This document shows positions 10,296-18,909 of a DNA stretch of 64,000 nt, piece after piece. A program made the translations under genes and the position numbers. This stretch comes from Spirochaetota bacterium (lineage in GTDB: Bacteria; Spirochaetota; UBA12135; COTS27; CBDBHE01): positions 96,001 to 160,000 of the forward strand of contig CBDBHE010000008.1 of the NCBI GenBank assembly GCA_965205605.1, given 5' to 3'. The notes under the pieces were generated by a model. That model worked only from the letters and a program-made list of their open reading frames with translations, was not told where the DNA came from and made no database searches. Positions within the stretch are counted from its first letter, which is position 1; the number at the start of each line of letters is the position of its first letter.

Positions 10296-10958
10296 TTATA
10301 TCTTCCAAAGCCCTTTTCGAATTCGTTTAGTGATATCTATAGGAGATCCTCCTCGGACCACCCCATACCTTGAAAAAACATCTTTAAAAAACGTCTTTTT
10401 ATTTTCTGTTTTACTAGCTTCAAGTTTAAACGCATCTACCATTTCTTTATCTTCTACTTTCTCAATTAAACTCATATTATCTTGACTCATCGCAAACAAA
10501 TAAAAACTATTAACAATTTGAACAACAGTAAGCTGCTTATTAGGTCCCATAAAATAATTTTTTACAACACGAAACAACCCTTCTTCTTGATTCAAATTAG
10601 TCTTCAAAAATCGATAACGAAACAAAAAATAAAGAAGAAAAATAATACCAATTAAAACAAAAAAAACAAAAAATAAGCGAAAAAGTAAGTATAAATAAGA
10701 AGGATTCTTTCTTTTTTCTTTAGTAGGATCTCGATAATAAGGGTCTCTATTTTCCGTCTTATTTTCTTCAGGTTTTTTAAAATCAACCCTACCTGTTTTC
10801 AATGATTCTTTTTTTTTAAACTCATTACTTAAAGCATTAGCCGTTTTTTCTTTTTTTAAAACTTCCTCTCCATAAGAACTACTTAAAAGAATAAAGAAAA
10901 AAATAACAAAAAAAGAAAGTGAAAAATCATAAAAAACTCTTTGAAATAAATTTGACAT
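10296..10958 (-). CDS. fliO: Flagellar biogenesis protein FliO/FliZ
   Basis: Signal-like N-terminus, one TM, then MGPNKQLTVVQIVNSFYLFAMSQDNMSLI (FliO core); immediately upstream of fliP. Confidence 0.8.
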   Translation of the reverse strand: MSNLFQRVFYDFSLSFFVIFFFILLSSSYGEEVLKKEKTANALSNEFKKKESLKTGRVDFKKPEENKTENRDPYYRDPTKEKRKNPSYLYLLFRLFFVFFVLIGIIFLLYFLFRYRFLKTNLNQEEGLFRVVKNYFMGPNKQLTVVQIVNSFYLFAMSQDNMSLIEKVEDKEMVDAFKLEASKTENKKTFFKDVFSRYGVVRGGSPIDITKRIRKGLWKI

Positions 10959-11052
10959 TTCGAATCCTATCTTGAATTTTTTTAAAATTCAATTTATTTT
11001 GAAAAAATTATAAAAAAAAATAATTTTTTTTCCTTTAATTACTTTTTCTCAA

Positions 11053-11778
11053 CTATTTCAAAGGGGAGGAATCAAAAAAATTCTTACCTTTTAATGTTTT
11101 TGAATAGTTATTTTTAATAAATTCTAAAATATTCTTACTTTTTTGAAGCCTTCCTAGTTTTTTATAAACAAAATAAAGTAATATAGTTCTATCAATACTC
11201 CTTAAATTACTTTTTTCTGCATATTTCAAACTTAACGTATAATTCTTTTGACGGTAGTTAATTTCAGACAAAACTAAATAAGCTTTAGATACTTCTTTTT
11301 TAAATTTATTTTTATTTACTTTTGCTAAAAATTTTTTTAAGTAACGATCTGCTTCTTTATCTCTCTTTAAATCAAAATCAATGAGGCCCATATAAAAAAA
11401 ACCCAAAGGAGAAGTCACTTTTTTAAACCATTGATAAGCTTGTTTAACTTCATGCTGATCATATAAAACCCAAGCTTTTAAAAAACAAATTCTAGAAAAA
11501 GGCTTTTTATTTTTTTTAAGATAAATCTCAATAAAAGATTTTTTAGTATTTAAAATAGGAATATCTTCAATGAGCTTCGCTGAAAGATAGTGATAATTAG
11601 ATATTTTTAAAAAACGATAGTGATGCTTTTCATAGTATTTTTCTAAATAAAAGTATTGCCTATTTTTTAATAATCGAATAACATTATTTGAAAAAATGCC
11701 AAAATTCCTTGGTGGGAAGCTATAAAGCTTATCAAATAAAAATACAAAAACTAATAATAATAAAGCTTTTTTAAACAT
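11053..11778 (-). CDS. Exported TPR-like helical repeat protein
   Basis: Signal-peptide-like MFKKALLLLVFVFLF, TPR-like helices (AYLVLSEINYRQKNYTLSLKY); start overlaps the thrS stop. Confidence 0.6.
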   Translation of the reverse strand: MFKKALLLLVFVFLFDKLYSFPPRNFGIFSNNVIRLLKNRQYFYLEKYYEKHHYRFLKISNYHYLSAKLIEDIPILNTKKSFIEIYLKKNKKPFSRICFLKAWVLYDQHEVKQAYQWFKKVTSPLGFFYMGLIDFDLKRDKEADRYLKKFLAKVNKNKFKKEVSKAYLVLSEINYRQKNYTLSLKYAEKSNLRSIDRTILLYFVYKKLGRLQKSKNILEFIKNNYSKTLKGKNFFDSSPLK

Positions 11779-13696
11779 TAAAAGAAGGATCAATAGAACG
11801 ATCAATCACCATTTTACAACATTCCTTTATAAAAAAATACTTCTTTAAATCAAAAATTTGTTTCCCTGAAGGCATTCTAAGACTGACAGTTTGGTTACTT
11901 GCTTCTTTTTCACCTATAATCAAAAAACATGGTATTTTAGAAAGTTGGGCATCTCTAATTTTTTTTTTAAGAGTTTCTTCTCTCAAATCTATCACCGGTC
12001 TTAATCGATGATTTAAAAAATCTTGAAAAAGCTCCTTGGCATAAGAGTCAAATTTTTTACTCACAGTCAAAATAGCTATTTGCTCTGGGGCCATCCAAAA
12101 AGGAAATTTTCCTCCATATTTTTCAATTAAAAGAGCAATCGTTCTTTCATAACAACCAATCGAAGAGCGATGAATCACAACAGGATGCTTTTCTTTTCCA
12201 TCCTCATTTATATAAGTCATGTTAAAGCGAGGAGGAAGAGCAAAATCAATTTGTACCGTCATAATGGTATCTTCTTTTCCGTAAACATTCTTCATTTGAA
12301 TATCAAGCTTAGGGCCATAAAAAGCAGCCTCTCCCTTAGCTTCTTCAAAAGTAAGCTTTTTTTTATTTAAAATATCTCTCATAATAGTTTGTGTTTTTTC
12401 CCAAGTCATTTGATCATCAATATACTTAGAACGTTCATTAGGATCCCATTTAGAAAAACGATACGAATAGTCATTCAAATCAAGCGTCTTTAAAATAAAC
12501 TGAATCAAGTCTAAACTATCTCCAAATTCTTTCTCTAGTTGATCCAAGCGACAAATAATGTGTCCATCAGAAAGAGTAAATTGACGTATACGTGTCAATC
12601 CATGCATTTCACCAGAAGATTCATTTCTAAATAAAAAGCTCGTTTCTGCATAACGAATAGGAAGCTCTCTATACGAATGTTTATTAGTGTTATAAATAGC
12701 AAAATGAAATGGACATGTCATAGGCCTAAGAGCCATTTTTTCTTCTTCAAGTATAAACATGCTTTCTTTATACAAATTCCAATGTCTTGAAATTTTATAA
12801 AGGTCACTTTTAGCAAGAAAAGGAGTCGCTGTATACAAATAACCTCTTCTGCGTTCTTCTTCTTCTACAAACTGAACAAGAATATTTTTCAAAACTGCCC
12901 CTTTAGGGGTCAAAAGAGGCAACCCTTGTCCAATCATTTCATCTGTAAAAAAAAGCCCCATTTCTTTTCCAACCTTAACGTGATCATTCTCTTCAGCTTT
13001 TTTTCTTTTTTGAAGATAGTCATCTAATTGTTGTTTCTTTGAAAAACTAGTTGCATACAATCTCACAAGCATTGGATTAGAAGATTTTCCCCTCCAATAA
13101 GCACCTGCTAGTTTAAGAAGCTTAAAAGCTTTAATGTATCCTGTATGAGGTAAGTGGGGGCCTTTACAAAGATCAATAAAATCTCCCATTTTATAATAAG
13201 TGATCACTTTTTTTTCCAACAGATTTTTAAGAATCTCTACTTTATAAGGTTCTTTTTTAAAAAAAGACATTGCTTCTTTTCTGGAAATTTCATGCCTAGA
13301 AAAAGGAAGATTATTTGAAATGATTTTTTCCATTTCCTTTTCAATGGCTAAAAAATTACCTGATTTTAATTGGACTCCATCAAAATCATAATAAAAACCA
13401 CTTTCAATAGCAGGGCCAATTGCAAACTTCACTTTAGGGTACAATTTTTGTATAGCAAACGCCATTACATGCGCTGAAGAATGATGTAATATCGATACCG
13501 ATTTGGGGTCTTCCAAAGTCAAAATATCTAGTGTCCCAGAAGAATTAATAGGGGTCATCAAATCAATAAGGACTTCATTAAAAATAGCACCTATTGCCTT
13601 TTTTTTAAATTGAGGAGAAACATCAAAAGCAATCTTTCCAGCAGTTACTCCTTCACTATATCGTTTCAAACTCCCATCTTTTAGCGTAATGTTCAT
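11771..13696 (-). CDS. thrS: Threonine--tRNA ligase
   Basis: TGS domain, HSSAHVMA, DLCKGPH, GAYWRG, LRPMTCP, GEAAFYGPKLD, IHRS. Confidence 0.98.
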   Translation of the reverse strand: MNITLKDGSLKRYSEGVTAGKIAFDVSPQFKKKAIGAIFNEVLIDLMTPINSSGTLDILTLEDPKSVSILHHSSAHVMAFAIQKLYPKVKFAIGPAIESGFYYDFDGVQLKSGNFLAIEKEMEKIISNNLPFSRHEISRKEAMSFFKKEPYKVEILKNLLEKKVITYYKMGDFIDLCKGPHLPHTGYIKAFKLLKLAGAYWRGKSSNPMLVRLYATSFSKKQQLDDYLQKRKKAEENDHVKVGKEMGLFFTDEMIGQGLPLLTPKGAVLKNILVQFVEEEERRRGYLYTATPFLAKSDLYKISRHWNLYKESMFILEEEKMALRPMTCPFHFAIYNTNKHSYRELPIRYAETSFLFRNESSGEMHGLTRIRQFTLSDGHIICRLDQLEKEFGDSLDLIQFILKTLDLNDYSYRFSKWDPNERSKYIDDQMTWEKTQTIMRDILNKKKLTFEEAKGEAAFYGPKLDIQMKNVYGKEDTIMTVQIDFALPPRFNMTYINEDGKEKHPVVIHRSSIGCYERTIALLIEKYGGKFPFWMAPEQIAILTVSKKFDSYAKELFQDFLNHRLRPVIDLREETLKKKIRDAQLSKIPCFLIIGEKEASNQTVSLRMPSGKQIFDLKKYFFIKECCKMVIDRSIDPSFNV

Positions 13697-13738
13697 ATCT
13701 ATGTTATTAATTTTCTATTACTTTTTAATTTTTTTTTA

Positions 13739-14386
13739 TTACTTGTTTTCAAAATAATTTTTAATTTTAATCTCTAAAGTTTTACTAAGTAATGAATATT
13801 TTTTCATATAACTAATAATATCAGTAACTCTAAGTAAAGAATAGAAAGGAATTTGATATTCTTCCCAAAGCTCTAAAACAGCATTTTTATTTTTTCCTTT
13901 TTCTTGTCTGTCTACAAGAACTACAATTGCCTCAATATCAACGTTTCCTTTAATTTTCAAAAATTCAATCGCCTCAATTAAAGATCCTCCCGAAGTAATC
14001 ACGTCATCTACAATCACTACTTTTTCTTTAACAGTAGGCATTTTTCCAACAAAGAAACCTACATCTCCATGGGTTTTCTTTTCTTTGCGATTAAAAAGAT
14101 AAGATGTTTTTTCCCCAAATTCTGTAAAAAGAAAAGAAGCAATTGAAATACAAAGCGGTATTCCTTTATAAGCTGGTCCATAAACACAAGAAATACTTTC
14201 TAATTTTTGATGAATAAAAGCGCCATAAAATGAAGCAATTTTATAAAGATTTTTAGCCTCAAAGAAACAGGCCGTATTAATAAAATAAGGAGACAAACGC
14301 CCGCTCTTAGTTTTGAAATTTCCAAATTGTACGGCTTTAGTTTCAATTAAAAACTTAATGAGTGTTTCTTTTTCTTCTAAAATCAA
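13739..14386 (-). CDS. pyrE: Orotate phosphoribosyltransferase
   Basis: FKTKSGRLSPYFIN, GPAYKGIP, NRKEKKTHG, VIVDDVITSG. Confidence 0.95.
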   Translation of the reverse strand: MILEEKETLIKFLIETKAVQFGNFKTKSGRLSPYFINTACFFEAKNLYKIASFYGAFIHQKLESISCVYGPAYKGIPLCISIASFLFTEFGEKTSYLFNRKEKKTHGDVGFFVGKMPTVKEKVVIVDDVITSGGSLIEAIEFLKIKGNVDIEAIVVLVDRQEKGKNKNAVLELWEEYQIPFYSLLRVTDIISYMKKYSLLSKTLEIKIKNYFENK

Positions 14387-14426
14387 ACCAGGTACAACTA
14401 AAATATTTTTATATAAAAAAATGCTT

Positions 14427-15332
14427 TTATTTCTTAAAAAATTGAACTAAATGTTTTAAAAAAAAATCATCTGCTAGTAAATCAATGAAATCAATTTTCA
14501 TTTGTACAAAGTCTTTCTTTAATTTTTTTAAACGTGTTTTATTTTTTAACATTTGTTTTTTAAAAAAAAAAGAAGAAGTATCTACTAAAATTTTCTTAGA
14601 AGTTTCTAAATCTTCAAGAGAAAGTAGTCCCACAGAAGGCATTTCAAGCTCCCTTTGATCATAAATACGAATAGCGACTAAATTTTGAAAACGACTTAAA
14701 TAACTTAAAACTTCAATTTCTTTGGAATTAATTAAATAATCCGATATAAAAAAAATCAAACTTTTTTTTTTATGAACTTTTTTTATAAAATCAACAACTA
14801 CTGAAAAATTAGTTTTTTTACTTTTTGGTTTGAAAGATAAAATTTCTTTTATGATTCTAAGGACATACTTTCTTCCTTTCTTAGGAGGAAGAAAAATTTC
14901 TACGGTATCTGTAAAAATAATAAGACCTACTTTATCATTATTTTTAATTGCCGAAAAAGCTAAAATAGCTGCAATTCTAGCACCTATTTTTGATTTGAAA
15001 TAACGCTGTGTCCCAAATTGATTAGAAGCAGATCCATCAAAAGCAATGATACTAATAAGCTCTCTTTCTTCTTCATAAACTTTAGTATGAGGAGTCCCTA
15101 CTCTAGCAGTAACTTTCCAATCAATATCACGCAAATCATCCCCATATAAATACTCTCTTACTTCACTAAAATCAATTCCTCTTTTTTTAAAATAAGACCG
15201 ATATTCTCCTAAAAAAGTAGTGTTAACAATTTTTTTAGCTTGAATCTCAATGGCAGGGATTTCTTTTAAAATATCCTCATTAATAAAAGAATATTCTTTT
15301 TTTTTAGATTGCTTTAAATCAGAAAAAATCAT
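14427..15332 (-). CDS. DUF58 (vWA-like) protein, MoxR partner
   Basis: GIDFSEVREYLYGDDLRDIDWKVTAR, DGSAS MIDAS-like motif, FISDY. Confidence 0.92.
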   Translation of the reverse strand: MIFSDLKQSKKKEYSFINEDILKEIPAIEIQAKKIVNTTFLGEYRSYFKKRGIDFSEVREYLYGDDLRDIDWKVTARVGTPHTKVYEEERELISIIAFDGSASNQFGTQRYFKSKIGARIAAILAFSAIKNNDKVGLIIFTDTVEIFLPPKKGRKYVLRIIKEILSFKPKSKKTNFSVVVDFIKKVHKKKSLIFFISDYLINSKEIEVLSYLSRFQNLVAIRIYDQRELEMPSVGLLSLEDLETSKKILVDTSSFFFKKQMLKNKTRLKKLKKDFVQMKIDFIDLLADDFFLKHLVQFFKK

Positions 15333-15379
15333 TTTTTCAAAAAAAATTGAAAATTAAATAAAACGATAATTCTCAAAAA

Positions 15380-16354
15380 TCAAGGGGTTTTAACTGTATC
15401 TAAAATTGTTTTAATAATATCTTCAGTTTTTTTTCCTTGTGCTTCAGCTTCATAACTTAAGGTAATTCGATGTCTTAAAACATCTAAAGCAACCGATTTG
15501 ACATCTTCTGTTGTAACAAAGTTTTCTCCTTGTATAAAAGCAAAAGCTTTAGCTGCATATGTTAAATAAATTGAAGCCCTCGGAGAAGCTCCATAAGTAA
15601 TAAAAGAAGGATCGATCCCTACTGTTTCCGGAAATCGAGTCGCATAAACAATATCAATAATATAATCAATTAAACGTTCATCTATATATAAATTTTTAAC
15701 TAATGTTCTAAAAAACATAATATCTTTAGAAGATAAAATTTTCCTAATAGATTTAAAATCTAAAGAAAAAGCTCGCTTAATAATTTCCTTTTCTTCCTCT
15801 TGACTCACGTAATCAAGCATTACTTTTAACATAAAACGATCCATTTGAGCTTCTGGTAAAGGGTAAGTGCCTTCTTGTTCCATAGGGTTTTGAGTTGCCA
15901 TAACAATATAGGGCTGATTTAATAAAAAAGTCTTATCTCCAATTGTGATTTGTTTTTCTTCCATTGCTTCTAAAAGAGCAGACTGTACTTTAGAAGGTGC
16001 TCTATTAATTTCATCAGCTAAAACAACATTACTAAACAAAGGTCCTTTTTTAAGATAAAACTCACCTATTTTTTGATTATAAACTTCTACGCCAAGAATA
16101 TCAGAAGGCAACAAATCAGAAGTAAATTGAATACGAGTAAAGTCTAAATCCAAAATTTTAGAAAAAGTCTTTATAGCCATTGTTTTTGCTAAACCGGGGA
16201 CGCCTTCTAGTAAAACATGACCTCCAACAAAAAGAGCAATGAGCATTTTGGTTAATAAGTCTTCTTGAGCCACAATAACCTTTTGGTATTCTTTAAAAAT
16301 GGCTTGAATTTGATCGAAATGCTCGAGGGGTAGCAGCTTCTTTTTTTCTAACAT
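15380..16354 (-). CDS. moxR: MoxR family AAA+ ATPase
   Basis: GHVLLEGVPGLAKT, RIQFTSDLLPSDI, LADEINRAPSKVQSALLEAM, ATQNPMEQEGTYPLPEAQMDRF. Confidence 0.96.
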   Translation of the reverse strand: MLEKKKLLPLEHFDQIQAIFKEYQKVIVAQEDLLTKMLIALFVGGHVLLEGVPGLAKTMAIKTFSKILDLDFTRIQFTSDLLPSDILGVEVYNQKIGEFYLKKGPLFSNVVLADEINRAPSKVQSALLEAMEEKQITIGDKTFLLNQPYIVMATQNPMEQEGTYPLPEAQMDRFMLKVMLDYVSQEEEKEIIKRAFSLDFKSIRKILSSKDIMFFRTLVKNLYIDERLIDYIIDIVYATRFPETVGIDPSFITYGASPRASIYLTYAAKAFAFIQGENFVTTEDVKSVALDVLRHRITLSYEAEAQGKKTEDIIKTILDTVKTP

Positions 16355-16420
16355 CCTAAAAAAGAATCCTTATTTAAAAATCAAAAAACATTTAAAGAAA
16401 ATATTTTTTAAAAAAAATCG

Positions 16421-16753
16421 TTATTTAAAAGAGTTGATTGCTGACTCTTGAGTGTCATAGATTTTAAAAAAAAGATCTAATTTTGTAAGGGAAAAAATTT
16501 TTTTAACGGTTTCATGAATTTCACAGATTTTCAAAACTCCACCTTCTTTTTTTACTTCAGAAAAACTAGTAATCAAAGCACCAATTCCCGAGCTGTCAAT
16601 ATACGTTGTTTCTTTTAAATTAATAATAATATTTTTACTTTTCTCGATTTCACCCCTAAGGACTTCTTTAAGTGTAGCAACACTATAAAGATCTACTTCA
16701 CCACTAATCAAGACCACTGCTATGTCATTTGATTTTTTAGTTTTAATATCCAC
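16421..16753 (-). CDS. STAS-domain anti-sigma factor antagonist (SpoIIAA/RsbV-like)
   Basis: GEVDLYS and TYIDSSGIGAL with the phosphorylatable Ser. Confidence 0.92.
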   Translation of the reverse strand: MDIKTKKSNDIAVVLISGEVDLYSVATLKEVLRGEIEKSKNIIINLKETTYIDSSGIGALITSFSEVKKEGGVLKICEIHETVKKIFSLTKLDLFFKIYDTQESAINSFK

Positions 16754-16798
16754 AATTACGCTCTCATTTTAGCAAAAACATTTTAAACATTATACTAT

Positions 16799-17038
16799 TT
16801 AATTGAATTTATTTTTTTTCTGAATATTTTTAACATCTTTTAAACGATTAAAATCGCTATTCACTGCTTCTTGCATTTGTTGCTTAACGCTTTCATAAAT
16901 TTCCTTTCGATTCACAGCAATAGATTTAGGGGCTTTAATGCCTAATTTTACCTGATCATGACTAACATCAATAATAAAAATTTCAATATTATCACCGATA
17001 ATAATGCTCTGATTTTTTTTTCTTGCTAAAACTAACAT
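16799..17038 (-). CDS. csrA: Carbon storage regulator CsrA
   Basis: [18 protein letters not shown]...[19 protein letters not shown]; follows fliW. Confidence 0.97.
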   Translation of the reverse strand: MLVLARKKNQSIIIGDNIEIFIIDVSHDQVKLGIKAPKSIAVNRKEIYESVKQQMQEAVNSDFNRLKDVKNIQKKNKFN

Positions 17039-17053
17039 ACATACCTCTCTTTT

Positions 17054-17070
17054 AAAAGTATCCTCCTTTT
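17054..17070 (-). promoter_or_regulatory. Candidate CsrA-binding hairpin in the csrA leader
   Basis: Minus strand AAAAG-GAGGATA-CTTTT: 5-bp stem with AGGA in the loop, just upstream of the GAGAGG RBS. Confidence 0.45.
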
Positions 17071-17106
17071 AATTTATAAATATCATAGTATATTTTAATT
17101 TTTTTG

Positions 17107-17574
17107 TTAAACGATGTTTTTTCTTTTAATGTAATTTTTTCCCCCTTCTTCTTCTTCTTCTAAAAGACTGTGCTTAGTTGTGTGATTTTCACTCTTTGAA
17201 ACCACTTGTTTAGCTTTTTTATTACTAACATTAATAACAATAGGCCCTAAAAAATTAACTGTCACTTTCTTAACATCTGTTGGAATAGTTACAATCACAA
17301 GACTAGCAATATCTTTCTTACTTTTTAAATTTAAACTTTCAATATCATTTTTATCAATTATGAGCTCATAATCACTAACAACATCAGTTGGGTTACAAAC
17401 AACAAAAGTAATATCTGCATCTTCTAGAGACTGCAAATATTGAAAAATCCCTTCCTTATCACTAACAAGCACATATTCTTTTAACCCCTCAAAACCAAAA
17501 AGTCCTTCTTCAAAAGATAGAATGCTCTCTTTAGAATACTCTATATAACCTAATTTAGTAGATTTATACTTCAT
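17107..17574 (-). CDS. fliW: Flagellar assembly factor FliW (CsrA antagonist)
   Basis: FEEGLFGFE, FQYLQSLED, TVNFLGPIVIN; between flgL and csrA. Confidence 0.94.
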   Translation of the reverse strand: MKYKSTKLGYIEYSKESILSFEEGLFGFEGLKEYVLVSDKEGIFQYLQSLEDADITFVVCNPTDVVSDYELIIDKNDIESLNLKSKKDIASLVIVTIPTDVKKVTVNFLGPIVINVSNKKAKQVVSKSENHTTKHSLLEEEEEGGKNYIKRKNIV

Positions 17575-17623
17575 TTATTATACTCCATAAATTTAAATAT
17601 TACTAATAAAATATTACTTTATT

Positions 17624-18877
17624 TTACAAATAGTCCATTAAAGTCGGCTGAATATACTTTGAAGCTGTCATTAACGAAATACGATGTACATTTTGAAGCT
17701 GATTTAATTGCATTGAAGCTTCAGCAATATCCATATCTTCGTTTTTTGAAAGGCGTTCAGTCACCTGCACTTTTTCTAAACTATAAGATTTTTCTAAAAA
17801 ATTTAATCTTTCTTGAAGGGCTGATATCTTAGATTGATTTCTAAGTAAATTGTTAAGGCCTTCAGAAACACTATTGAGATTTTTTCCAGAAATCTCTTGA
17901 GGTCGATTATAAATCAAGCTATCTCTTAATTGTATAATCGCATCAAAAATTGATCCCGTACTTTCAATTGTATTAGGATTGATATTACGTCCTGGAAATT
18001 GAGAATTTTTACCTTCTCTAATGATTCCCAAATTTTGTAGAACATTCCCTCCATAAATATCTTCTAAAGTAATTTGATGGGGGTAATTAGATTCAATAGA
18101 AAAAACAACATTACCATTTTCAAGAGATCTTTTAAAAGCAGTTACACTTGAAACATTTCGATTGATAGATGCAATAATGGCATCTAAATTATCTCCTTGT
18201 GAAATAGAAACTTCCTTCCCATCAATACGAATGGTTTGGTCCGTCCCAGCAATATAATTTTGAGCATCTGACAAACCCACAATCACATGTTGCTCTGCCC
18301 AAAAAACTTCATTCCCAGGCAATCCAACTGATACCATTTCTCCTTTTCCTATTTCTCTTATCGACTCCCGATGGTCACCAAGGTATTCAACTTTTTCAAC
18401 AACAGAAAGGCCTACTTCCGTAACGGTTCTTTCAGTAAAAGCAAAAGGTTTCGTTTGATCACTTGTACCAGAATACAAGTAAAAATCATCAAATTTAGTA
18501 TTTGAAGCATGGATCATTTCTCGAAGAAGTTCTTCAACTTCGATGCCCATTTTTTCTCTATCGCTAGGTGAATAAATTCCATTACTTCCCTGAACAGCAA
18601 GCTCTCTTATGCGTTGCATAACATCAACACCATGAAGCATCTTGTCATGAGAGAGATTAATATAATCTTTAGAATCTAAAATATTTTTTTCATATTGCTT
18701 AATATGATTTAAACGAGTACGATTATAAATACTGTTGATTGTTTCGATAGGGTTATCACTAACACGAAGATTTTTTCTCCCCGTTGCCATTTGAGTCTGT
18801 TTTTTTTCCATTTTCGAATAATTTTTTTGAACATTATCAATTAAATTTTTTTTAACACTAAAATTAGAAATTCTCAT
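17624..18877 (-). CDS. flgL: Flagellar hook-associated protein 3 FlgL
   Basis: Flagellin-like N and C termini (QMATGRKNLRVSDNP, QRIRELAVQGSNG, QPTLMDYL). Confidence 0.94.
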   Translation of the reverse strand: MRISNFSVKKNLIDNVQKNYSKMEKKQTQMATGRKNLRVSDNPIETINSIYNRTRLNHIKQYEKNILDSKDYINLSHDKMLHGVDVMQRIRELAVQGSNGIYSPSDREKMGIEVEELLREMIHASNTKFDDFYLYSGTSDQTKPFAFTERTVTEVGLSVVEKVEYLGDHRESIREIGKGEMVSVGLPGNEVFWAEQHVIVGLSDAQNYIAGTDQTIRIDGKEVSISQGDNLDAIIASINRNVSSVTAFKRSLENGNVVFSIESNYPHQITLEDIYGGNVLQNLGIIREGKNSQFPGRNINPNTIESTGSIFDAIIQLRDSLIYNRPQEISGKNLNSVSEGLNNLLRNQSKISALQERLNFLEKSYSLEKVQVTERLSKNEDMDIAEASMQLNQLQNVHRISLMTASKYIQPTLMDYL

Positions 18878-18909
18878 TTTTCTCCTCCTGCTTTAAAAAA
18901 TGATTAAGC

